Source of the DNA: an uncultured Verrucomicrobiota bacterium
GTDB lineage: Bacteria > Verrucomicrobiota > Verrucomicrobiia > Limisphaerales > UBA9464
NCBI GenBank assembly: GCA_903916195.1
Contig: CAIWVP010000148.1
Coordinates: 10,396 to 74,395, forward strand
DNA length: 64,000 nucleotides
Direction: 5' to 3'
A program made the translations under genes and the position numbers. Below are positions 17,292 to 25,435 of this stretch, one piece after another. The notes beneath the pieces were generated by a model. That model saw only the letters and a program-made list of their open reading frames with translations. It made no database searches and had not been told where the DNA came from. The number at the start of each line of letters is the position of its first letter. Within the stretch, counting starts at the first letter, position 1.

Positions 17292-18362
17292 CTATAGAGC
17301 GGGCGGCGGGAGCTTGGGATCCACCCCGACTTTCGACGGAGCGAAGGCATCGGTGTAGACCGACGCGCGGTCGACCGGCGACTTGATGAGCTGGTTGTCC
17401 AGCATGATCTGGTGGAGTTCATCCCATCGCTGGGCCTTCACCTCGCCAAGGGCCTCGCCTTTGGCGGGATCGCCCTCGATCAAACGGAGCTCGCGCATCT
17501 TGCGATGGCTGAACTTGAAGCCTTCCGATTCCATCGTCGGGCTGATGGACAGGATGTGGTCGTGGATGGGCAACGGATCGCGGCAATATTCGATCCATCC
17601 CTTGTAGGCGCCGATTGAGAAGGCCTTCACGATCTCCGGGTGTCTCGCGACAAGCTTCTTGTTCGCGATGACCACGCGGTACGGGTCGAAGCCGCTGTCG
17701 CTGATCTGGAGCATCCGCGCCTTCACTCCGGCCTTGGCGGCGTAATACGGCTCGCAGGTCGGGAAGGCCTGGGTGATCCAATCCGGATCGGCCACGAAGT
17801 TGGCCACGCTGCCGGTCACGGCGCGGGCACGGGTCTTCTTGAGGCCGTATCGCTTCTGGAGATAGGCGAACCAGGTGTTGCCGATCTGCATGGCGACATC
17901 GCGGTCCTCCAGGTCGGCGAAGGTCTTCACCGGCGAATCCTCGCGGACCATGATCCCCTGCGGATCGTGCTGGAAATAACTGTTCACCGCGATGACCGGC
18001 AGGCCGCGTTCGACGGCGATGAAGACGGCATCGCCGCGCACGATGCCGAGGGTGTCATCGTCCAGGGCCACCTTCTTCTCGATCTCGGAATTCGGGCCGC
18101 CGGCGACCATCGTCACGTCGAGCCCGAGCCCGAGCCAGATGCCCTTCATCTTCGCGGCGAAGTATCCGCCGTGCTCGGCCTCGGGATACCAGTCGTGGAT
18201 GAAGGTGATCTTTTGCAGGGATCCGGCCTTACCGTCTCCCGCGGCCTCCGTCGCCGGTCCGGATGCCTGTCGGGAGCAACCCACGAGGATCATCGCCGCA
18301 ACGAACAGGACATGCGCGACGACCCGTGCATGGAACCGCTCCGGGGAAGAACTGGATTTCAT
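17292..18362 (-). CDS. NMT1/THI5-like substrate-binding lipoprotein
   Basis: The track ORF (652 aa) extends spuriously into the receptor gene. The ATG at 18362 gives MKSSSSPERFHARVVAHVLFVAAMILVGCSRQ, which contains a lipobox (LVGC). The mature protein begins LQKITFIHDWYPEAEHGGYFAAKMKG and is paralogous to 14762..15712. Confidence 0.8.
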   Translation of the reverse strand: MKSSSSPERFHARVVAHVLFVAAMILVGCSRQASGPATEAAGDGKAGSLQKITFIHDWYPEAEHGGYFAAKMKGIWLGLGLDVTMVAGGPNSEIEKKVALDDDTLGIVRGDAVFIAVERGLPVIAVNSYFQHDPQGIMVREDSPVKTFADLEDRDVAMQIGNTWFAYLQKRYGLKKTRARAVTGSVANFVADPDWITQAFPTCEPYYAAKAGVKARMLQISDSGFDPYRVVIANKKLVARHPEIVKAFSIGAYKGWIEYCRDPLPIHDHILSISPTMESEGFKFSHRKMRELRLIEGDPAKGEALGEVKAQRWDELHQIMLDNQLIKSPVDRASVYTDAFAPSKVGVDPKLPPPAL

Positions 18363-18454
18363 CGGGTGTGTCGGGGAACGGACGGAGTCGATCGGACACA
18401 AGCCCTCCGCCGGACGCGCCGACGGAGGGTTCGCACAAGAGGAGAGGGATCTGC

Positions 18455-20911
18455 TCAGAACTTGAACTTGAGCTGCCCGCTGATGCTGAAGGGCTTCTCG
18501 GGGTAGATCACGTCGTTGCCGGCGAAGCTGGGGTCGATGGACGTCCAGTTGCGCTGGTCGGTGATGTTGAAGAAGTTGACCTGGGCCTCCCACTTCTTCT
18601 GCTTGTAGAAGACGAAGGCGTTGATGGTGTACTGGGTGGGGATGATCAACGTCCCTTCCTGGTTCTGCCACTGTTCGCCGGTGACCTGCGGCCCGACGCT
18701 GGCGCCGAAGCCGTTGCTGAACTGGTAGGTCAGGTACGCGTTGAACATGACCTGCGGCACGCTGGCCGCGCGCTGCTTGCCGGAGGGGCGGGTCCGTCCG
18801 TTGGCGGAGTTGTAGTTCGGGCTGCCGAACCCGGTGCCCGGCAGGCCGTCCACGATGAAGCCGACCGGATATCCGTCGCGGTAGTTGTACGTCTGCTGGT
18901 AGCCGAAGTCGTCCTGCTGGGCGTCCTGGAACGTGAAGTTGGCGCTCGCGTTGAACGCGCGCGTCGGTTGATAGACGGCCTCGAGTTCGATGCCTTTCGT
19001 CTCGATCCCGATCGGCGCGCCGACGAGCTGCGGGGCCTGCCGTGTCTGCTGGAACAACGCCCCGCCCACGAACAGCTTGTTGTCGAGCACGCTCGCCTTC
19101 GAGCCGATCTCGACCAGCTCGCTCTCCGACTGCATCGCCCGTTTCAGGCCGGCCGATCCGCCCGTCCCGTCCACACCGCCGAAGTTGGCGCTGCCCTGGA
19201 CGGTGTTGACGAGGTCGTAGGTGACGTAGGACGACATCGTCGGCGTCCATTTGAGGATGCCGCTGACGAAGACGGAGCCGTCCAGCACCGAGGCCGAGGA
19301 ATCGTAGAACGCGCCGGCAGCCTTCTCCACGAAGGCCGGGTTCTGGGCATCCGCATCGAAGTAGTCGCCACGGCCGCCCATCACGATGCTGAACTTCTCA
19401 TGCAACGCCACGTCCCACTGGCTGAAGAACCCGCTCTGGAACAGGGTGGAATCTTGGTTGCCACTGCTGGGGAACGGATTGCCGCCGAAGCCCGGGGAGC
19501 CAGGGACGTTGAAGCCGGCACCGGCACTTTTGCCCGCCACCAACCCGGGCAGACGGAACGTGTCCGGGTTCGCCGTGACATCGTAGAGGAAGAACGGCTC
19601 GGTGCCGAAATCTTGGTACGAGAGCAGGCTTGAATACCGCAGATCGACGCCGGAGATCGTCTTGATCGGCAGTTCCTTGCTGAAGATCGAAGGGGCGAAC
19701 TCCTGATGGTATTCGGTGCGGTTGTTGATCATCCAGTTCTCGGGCACCAGCTCGGTGTAGCCGTAGCCGGAGAGCTTCTTGCTTTCCTGCGTCTCACCGT
19801 AGGCCCGGTTGATGACCTTGGCCGTGTCGCTGACCGTGTAGGTGGCGATGAGCTGGGAGGAGAACTTCTGGCCCGACGCGAAGTCGGAGGGAGCGTTGAT
19901 GGTCTGGTAGGGATAGACGTGGACGCGTCGGGCCGTGGCGGGATCCAGCAGGGCAAAATTGGCGTTGAGACCATAAGGCCCGATGGAGTCCAACGGATCG
20001 CCGAACCGGTTCTTCGGCTGGACCGGGCCGGCGATGTAGATGCCGTCGTCGATCAGCTCCTGCGTCACGCGGTTGATGCCGATGACCTCGTTGAACCGGG
20101 ATGTGTAGAACTGGGTGTTCCAGTCCAAGGTCAACCGGTCGTTGGCGACCCAGGTCAGCGCGGTGAAGATGTCCTGGGTGTTGTCCTTGACGTTCTGGTA
20201 ATAGCCCTCGGCTTCGCGTCCGAGATAGCTCACCCGATAGGCCAGCTTGTCGTTCACCGGCCCGCCGAAATCGAGCACCCACTCGGGACTGAAATAGGAC
20301 TGCCCACCGGGGACGTAGGTGCCCAACCGCGCGGTCAGGTCGCCGTGGAAGGCGTCGAAATAGGGGGCCTTGGTGACGAAGTTCACGTAGCCGCCGGGAC
20401 CTTGCCCCTGGGGTCCGTAGACCGCGGAGCCGGGACCCTTGACGATGTCCATCGCCTCCACGCCGTTGAAGCTCGCGAGCAGCGAATTGCGGCTGTAGAT
20501 GATACGCTGGCCGTTCTGATAGATCTCGGACAGCTCGCCGCGGATGACCGGGACGTTGGCCAGACCGTAGCGGGAAGGCGTGTAGACGCCCGGAGAATAC
20601 TGGTTGAAGTCCGTCGCGCGGGAGACCCCGCGGGCCTCCATCTGAGCCTTGGTCACCAAGGAGACGGACCGCGGTGTGTCGATGATGCTCCGGTCGTCGC
20701 CCATCACCGACTGCACGGGACGGACGGTGGGGAGCACGGTTTCTTCCACGGGCAATCCTTCGACGAGGATCTTGGCCGTCGCGTTGGTCGAGACCATCTC
20801 CGGGGCCGGAGTCTGGGCGTGGGTCGAGAGGTGCAGCGACGAGGCAGCCATCACCGTGGCGAGGCTGCCGAGGCGTGCATGGCGCGGATTCGAAGGTTTT
20901 TTGGATTTCAT
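18455..20911 (-). CDS. TonB-dependent receptor
   Basis: The ATG at 20911 gives a signal peptide (MKSKKPSNPRHARLGSLATVMAASSLHLSTHAQ). The plug region is IIDTPRSVSLVTKAQMEARG...VEAMDIVKGPGSAVYG. A long beta-barrel follows and ends in the aromatic terminus ...ISGQLKFKF. It is paralogous to 43618..45942. Confidence 0.9.
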   Translation of the reverse strand: MKSKKPSNPRHARLGSLATVMAASSLHLSTHAQTPAPEMVSTNATAKILVEGLPVEETVLPTVRPVQSVMGDDRSIIDTPRSVSLVTKAQMEARGVSRATDFNQYSPGVYTPSRYGLANVPVIRGELSEIYQNGQRIIYSRNSLLASFNGVEAMDIVKGPGSAVYGPQGQGPGGYVNFVTKAPYFDAFHGDLTARLGTYVPGGQSYFSPEWVLDFGGPVNDKLAYRVSYLGREAEGYYQNVKDNTQDIFTALTWVANDRLTLDWNTQFYTSRFNEVIGINRVTQELIDDGIYIAGPVQPKNRFGDPLDSIGPYGLNANFALLDPATARRVHVYPYQTINAPSDFASGQKFSSQLIATYTVSDTAKVINRAYGETQESKKLSGYGYTELVPENWMINNRTEYHQEFAPSIFSKELPIKTISGVDLRYSSLLSYQDFGTEPFFLYDVTANPDTFRLPGLVAGKSAGAGFNVPGSPGFGGNPFPSSGNQDSTLFQSGFFSQWDVALHEKFSIVMGGRGDYFDADAQNPAFVEKAAGAFYDSSASVLDGSVFVSGILKWTPTMSSYVTYDLVNTVQGSANFGGVDGTGGSAGLKRAMQSESELVEIGSKASVLDNKLFVGGALFQQTRQAPQLVGAPIGIETKGIELEAVYQPTRAFNASANFTFQDAQQDDFGYQQTYNYRDGYPVGFIVDGLPGTGFGSPNYNSANGRTRPSGKQRAASVPQVMFNAYLTYQFSNGFGASVGPQVTGEQWQNQEGTLIIPTQYTINAFVFYKQKKWEAQVNFFNITDQRNWTSIDPSFAGNDVIYPEKPFSISGQLKFKF

Positions 20912-21211
20912 GGTTTCGGGTTCCGGTTCACCGGGAACAACCGCCCTGGATGCTTCAAGGCTGCGGAGGGTTGTATCCTTGGAACGCACCCGAGCAGCGG
21001 GGATACCAATGGCCCGATATCATCCATGAAAGCTATGAATCGAACGGCGACGATCCATGCGGATAGCTGTGAAACGATTGGATCGACCTCGCTTACACGC
21101 TCGAAGTCTCCCCGCACCGGTGGCCCCACCTCGGATCTCCACTGGTGGCCCGGTGGCCGCTTTTGGACACCCTGTCCAGTTGATCGGCTTGCGGCCGGAG
21201 ATCGGGGGACA

Positions 21212-22543
21212 TCAGAAGCAGCCAGCCCGCGCCGCCAGCAAACCAGCAAACGCGACGAGCCGGTGTTCGTCTTCGCGCCGGGCGATGATCTGGAAACCCA
21301 CCCCCGTGGCCTCGCCCGCGGGACGCCACGGGATCGTCAGCACCGGCCAGCAGCCCAGGCTCGCGGGCGTCGTCAACCGCAGCAAGCGGGACCGGGTGGC
21401 CCCGTGGTCGTCACCGCTCCGCAAGCAGGAGACTGAAGCGGCCGGCACCACCAAGAGCGGCCCCTCTTCGAACGCTCCCGCCATGCGAGAGACCAGCCGT
21501 CCGATCCGCTCGTGGAGTCCCGCGACCTCTGCCTCGGTGATCTGCGCCCCCCATTGCAACCGCGCCCGCACCGCCGGAGAATACTGGTCGGGATCACTTC
21601 TGAAGCGGGATCGGTGGACCGCGAAGGCCTCGTTCGCCTGCACGGGTGCGAAGAGGTCCAGGGCCTCCTCCCATCCATCGGCCGCGCAGGAAACGACGGG
21701 CGCGCCCACTTCCCTCAAGAGTTCCCGGAACGCCTTGAGCGCGGAGACGATGTCGGTATCGCAACCCTCCAATAGCGGTCCTTCGGGGAACACCAGCGTC
21801 GGGAACGTCGACCCAACGGATGGCTTCATGGCGTCACCGAACAGCGCGGCGGCGACAAAACCCACGTCATCGAGGTGACGGTTCAACCAGCCCAAGGTGT
21901 CGAAGGACCGCGCGAGCGGAAATGTGCCTCGGTGGTCCGGGAACCAGTCCCGTGAACGGAAGCTGACCAGCCCGCACAACGCGGCGGGCACCCGCAAGGA
22001 ACCACCGGTGTCGGTGCCCAGACCGATGCAGGCGGCGCCGCCGGACACGGAGGCCGCGGCCCCGCTGCTGGAGCCGCCGGTCAGCCGGTCCGGCCGCCCG
22101 GGGATCGTGCAGTCGCCGAACCACGGGTTCTCGCCGGTGATGCCGTAGGCGAACTCGTTGAGGTGCGTCTTGCCTGCCAGCAACGCGCCGTGCTCCCGCC
22201 AAAGCCGCACGAAAGCGGCGTCGTTCTCCGGTCCGGGTTCCCCTGCCCCGAAGAACCGGGAACCGCAGGTCGTGGGCTGGGCCGCGACGTCGAACAGATC
22301 CTTCACGGAGACCGGGATCCCCCGCAACCGGGAGGCGTCGCCGTCGATCGCCTCCGTGGTCTGGCGCCGGCCCTGTCCGAGAACGTCGTCCGGATCGAAG
22401 TGCTGCCAACAATTCGAACCGCGGATCTCGGAGGCGCAACGGACCACGTCGCCCGCTATTTCTGAGGGCGACACATCCCCTTTGGTGATCAGGTCGGACA
22501 GGTCGCGGATGCGCAGCGTGGTGAATTTTGGCCCGGGTTGCAT
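21212..22543 (-). CDS. amidase-signature (AS) family amidase
   Basis: 443-aa ORF with ATG at 22543. AS hallmarks are present: GIPVSVKDLF, GGSSSGAAASVSGG, GTDTGGSLRVPAALCG. Confidence 0.85.
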   Translation of the reverse strand: MQPGPKFTTLRIRDLSDLITKGDVSPSEIAGDVVRCASEIRGSNCWQHFDPDDVLGQGRRQTTEAIDGDASRLRGIPVSVKDLFDVAAQPTTCGSRFFGAGEPGPENDAAFVRLWREHGALLAGKTHLNEFAYGITGENPWFGDCTIPGRPDRLTGGSSSGAAASVSGGAACIGLGTDTGGSLRVPAALCGLVSFRSRDWFPDHRGTFPLARSFDTLGWLNRHLDDVGFVAAALFGDAMKPSVGSTFPTLVFPEGPLLEGCDTDIVSALKAFRELLREVGAPVVSCAADGWEEALDLFAPVQANEAFAVHRSRFRSDPDQYSPAVRARLQWGAQITEAEVAGLHERIGRLVSRMAGAFEEGPLLVVPAASVSCLRSGDDHGATRSRLLRLTTPASLGCWPVLTIPWRPAGEATGVGFQIIARREDEHRLVAFAGLLAARAGCF

Positions 22544-22740
22544 TTTCTTGACCGGCTTGCGATGCGGCAGCGGACCCGGGACGCCGATTGATCCGGTGAC
22601 GTGCGCACAGCAAAACCGTTGCGATCGGGGACAGCAGGCTTGCTGCCGCGCGCGGTTTCTCGGATCGATGATCTCAAAAAAAATCCACTCCGATCAGGGG
22701 GACGCGTCGTTTGGAATAGCGGCTGCTTGGTGGGCACCGG
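22544..22740. promoter_or_regulatory. divergent control region between the amidase/receptor arm and the ten-gene operon
   Basis: 197-bp non-coding gap between two divergent start codons (22543 and 22741). It contains a short inverted repeat (cagca-ggct-tgctg, around 22632-22645) and an A-run (around 22675-22682). No promoter hexamers could be assigned with confidence. Confidence 0.3.
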
Positions 22741-23286
22741 ATGAGTTCAACACGAACGGACCCGAAGGCCACCGCGGCCGACCTGTCGCGCATGCGCGAC
22801 CTGGCCAAGGGCACGGCGGCACATCTCGGCAAACCGACGCAGACGCCCTTCGGCTCCGACATCATCGGGACGGCCACCGGCAAGCGGCTGTTGCGCCGGC
22901 TCAATGCCGTGGCCCGGGAACACGACACGACCTCGCACGCGGAGGTGCGCGCGCTGCGGGCCGCGACGAAGAAACTCAAGAAGCTCTCGCTGAAGGGCTA
23001 CACCCTCTACACGACCTGCGAGCCCTGCCCGATGTGCATGGCCGCCGCGTTGTGGGCCGGAGTCGACCGCGTCGTCTTCGGCGCGACCATCGACGACGCG
23101 GCGCGCCACTGTGACCAGATCCACACCTACGCGAAGGACCTCGTGAAGAAGAGCGACCTCCAGTGCGAGGTCGTCGGCCCCGTCGCCCGTGCCGAGTGCA
23201 ACGCCCTCTTCGAGGACCCCAGGATGCAGGCCGCCATCCGGCTGTGGAGAACGACCTCGGCCAAGAACGGAGACACCCAGCGATGA
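22741..23286 (+). CDS. CDA-fold nucleobase/nucleoside deaminase (second copy)
   Basis: 181-aa ORF with ATG at 22741. Motifs are HAE (TSHAEVRA) and PCPMC (CEPCPMCMAAALWAG). Its stop overlaps the next start (ATGA at 23283-23286). Confidence 0.85.
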   Translation: MSSTRTDPKATAADLSRMRDLAKGTAAHLGKPTQTPFGSDIIGTATGKRLLRRLNAVAREHDTTSHAEVRALRAATKKLKKLSLKGYTLYTTCEPCPMCMAAALWAGVDRVVFGATIDDAARHCDQIHTYAKDLVKKSDLQCEVVGPVARAECNALFEDPRMQAAIRLWRTTSAKNGDTQR

Positions 23287-24650
23287 TGGCACCCGGGATG
23301 ATCGCGGGGCTCGCGGCCTCTCTGCCGGAAGGCCGCGTCGTGACCGATGCGGCCGAAGTCGATCGCCTCTCGAAGGATTTCTATTGGTATTCGCCGGTCC
23401 TCGAACGCCAGCTCCGCGACAAATCAGGCGAGGTGGCCGTGCAACCGAAGTCGCTCGAAGAGGTGAAGGCCGTGCTCCGCTACGCCTGCGCGAACGGCAT
23501 CCCCGTCACCGTGCGCGGCGCGGGCACGGGAAACTACGGCCAGTGCATCCCCATCCACGGCGGGATCGTGCTCGACATGGGCGGCTTCGACAAAGTCCTG
23601 GAGATCCGTCCCGATGGCACCGCCGTCTGCGAACCCGGCGCGCGCATGGGCATGATCGAGACCACCGCCCGCAAGGCCGGCTGGGAACTCCGCTGCTACC
23701 CATCGACCGTGCAGAAGGCCTCCATCGGCGGCTTTCTCTGCGGCGGCTCCGGCGGCATCGGCTCCATCACCCACGGCCTGATCCGCGACGGCCTGGTCAT
23801 CTCCATCACGATCCTGACGATGGAACCCGAGCCGCGTGAGATCCATCTGACCGGTCCCGACATCTTCAAGGCGCTCCACGCGTGGGGAACGACCGGTGTG
23901 CTGGTGAGGGTGGAGTTCCATCTCGCGCCGAAGCTCGACTGGGCCCAGCTCGCCGTCAGCTTCGACACGTTCGACCGGTGCTTCTCTTTCGCCGAGGCGG
24001 TCGCGCAGAACGATTCCTTCCGCAAACGTCTCGTCACCTGCTTCGAGTGGCCGGTCCCGCGATGGTTCACGCCGTTGCTCAAGTGGATCGAACCCGGCAA
24101 GGCGCTCGTCTTCTTCGAGGTCGTCGACGACCAGTTGGAGCGCCTCGGCCGCACCGCCGTCTCGGCCGGCGGCCGGATCGTCTTCGATTCGCCCCACGCC
24201 GAGCCGCGGCGCGGCGCCCAGCTCTCCGACTACACGTGGAACCACACCACGCTCTGGGCGTTGAAGGGCGATCCGACGCTCACCTATCTCCAGTGTGGAT
24301 TCGATCCCAAGCGCGCCCGCGAGCAGATGCACCTTCTCAAGACGAAGTTCGGCGACGAGTTCCTCTTCCACATCGAGTTCGCCCGGTCGGCGGGCGTCGT
24401 CGGTCCCGGCAGCATCCCGATCATCCGGTTCACCACCGAGGAGCGTTTGCAGGAGATCATCGACTTCTGCGGCCAGATCGGCGTGGGCGTGGCCAATCCC
24501 CACATCAACCACCTCGAAGGCAGCGGCCGTTGGCGGCCCGACGACGCCAAGCTCGTGGCCAAGACCGCCCACGATCCGCGAGGTCTGCTCAATCCCGGCA
24601 AGATGATCGGCTTCAAGCCCGTCTCCGGATCCGGACCCCGTCCCCTATGA
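23283..24650 (+). CDS. FAD-binding oxidoreductase (PCMH-type FAD_binding_4 family)
   Basis: The ATG at 23283 is in frame with track ORF 23163..24650. The N-terminal FAD domain reads VAVQPKSLEEVKAVLRYACANGIPVTVRGAGTGNYGQCIP...GGIVLDM. There are ATGA overlaps at both ends (23283 and 24647). Confidence 0.85.
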   Translation: MMAPGMIAGLAASLPEGRVVTDAAEVDRLSKDFYWYSPVLERQLRDKSGEVAVQPKSLEEVKAVLRYACANGIPVTVRGAGTGNYGQCIPIHGGIVLDMGGFDKVLEIRPDGTAVCEPGARMGMIETTARKAGWELRCYPSTVQKASIGGFLCGGSGGIGSITHGLIRDGLVISITILTMEPEPREIHLTGPDIFKALHAWGTTGVLVRVEFHLAPKLDWAQLAVSFDTFDRCFSFAEAVAQNDSFRKRLVTCFEWPVPRWFTPLLKWIEPGKALVFFEVVDDQLERLGRTAVSAGGRIVFDSPHAEPRRGAQLSDYTWNHTTLWALKGDPTLTYLQCGFDPKRAREQMHLLKTKFGDEFLFHIEFARSAGVVGPGSIPIIRFTTEERLQEIIDFCGQIGVGVANPHINHLEGSGRWRPDDAKLVAKTAHDPRGLLNPGKMIGFKPVSGSGPRPL

Positions 24651-25435
24651 AGACCTGGATCCCCGACGGACGCTTCCTGCCCTACTTCACCTGGAAACAG
24701 GTCGAGGCCTTGGACAAGGACAAGTCGCTCGTCATCATCCCCACCGCAGCAATCGAGCAGCACGGCCACCATCTGCCGCTGGCCACCGACACGCTGCTCA
24801 ACAACTACATCCTCGGCCACGCCCTGCGGAAGCTGCCGAAGGACCTGCCCGTCTACGCCGTCGCACCCGTCTGTTACGGCAAGAGCAACGAACACATCGG
24901 TTTTCCCGGAACGCTTTCGCTGGGCCGCAACACCTTCATGGCCGTGTTGCACGATCTGGCGGAAAGCCTCCATGCGGGAGGTTTCAAGAAGATCGTGTTC
25001 TTCAACAGCCACGGCGGGAACCATTCCATCATCGACGTCATGGCCCGCGACCTCCGGGCCGAGTTCGGCTTGCGGGTCTTCTGCCTCTTCGGCGGCGGCG
25101 GCGCCTCCGACCTCGGCGAACAGGAGGCCAGGTACGGCTTCCACGCCGGCGAGGTGGAGACGTCGCTCCTGCTCGCGGCCACGCCGGAGCTGGTCCACAC
25201 GGACCGATACACGGTCAACTACATCGCCAAGGTCGGCGATCCCGGCGTGCTCAAGCCCGAGTTCGCCTACGCCACCTACGCTTGGCTCACCCGCGACATC
25301 GCCCCGAGCGGGGTCATGGGCGACCCGAATCCATCGACCGCCGAGAAAGGGCTCGTCTGGTGCGACGAGATGTCCACCCGCGTCGCCGCCGCGCTCACGG
25401 AGATGCACGCCTACGAGAACTTGCTGAAGCTGTGA
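24647..25435 (+). CDS. creatininase-family amidohydrolase (creatinine amidohydrolase/MftE-like fold)
   Basis: The ATG at 24647 is in frame with track ORF 23882..25435. Family hallmarks are LVIIPTAAIEQHGHHLPLATD, NSHGGN and HAGEVETS. Confidence 0.85.
   Translation: MKTWIPDGRFLPYFTWKQVEALDKDKSLVIIPTAAIEQHGHHLPLATDTLLNNYILGHALRKLPKDLPVYAVAPVCYGKSNEHIGFPGTLSLGRNTFMAVLHDLAESLHAGGFKKIVFFNSHGGNHSIIDVMARDLRAEFGLRVFCLFGGGGASDLGEQEARYGFHAGEVETSLLLAATPELVHTDRYTVNYIAKVGDPGVLKPEFAYATYAWLTRDIAPSGVMGDPNPSTAEKGLVWCDEMSTRVAAALTEMHAYENLLKL

Noticed and set aside
17292-19250. 652-aa ORF as a single protein; similarly the 637-aa ORF 62062-63975 and the 410-aa ORF 14762-15994
   Set aside because: The N-terminal extensions are Arg/Pro-rich and overlap the neighbouring real genes (the receptor, the LytS-type kinase, the amidohydrolase). 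Internal ATGs give proper lipoprotein, signal-peptide or enzyme N-termini, and those were used instead.
20912-21211. TPP riboswitch upstream of the receptor/NMT1-binding-protein arm (expected if the locus were thiamine-pyrimidine salvage); also a purine riboswitch in 43399-43617
   Set aside because: I searched both strands by eye for the conserved cores: CUGAGA plus ACCUGAUCUGGAUAAUGCCAGCG for TPP, and UAUA...GGAUAUGG...CCGUAAA-like cores for purine. I did not find them. A covariance-model scan would be needed for certainty.
25282-25431. ATG at 25282 as the start of the CocE/NonD gene
   Set aside because: It would overlap the creatininase gene by 154 nt and add an Arg-rich, non-homologous 50-aa leader. 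The GTG at 25432 (GTGA overlap) or a slightly later GTG is more plausible.
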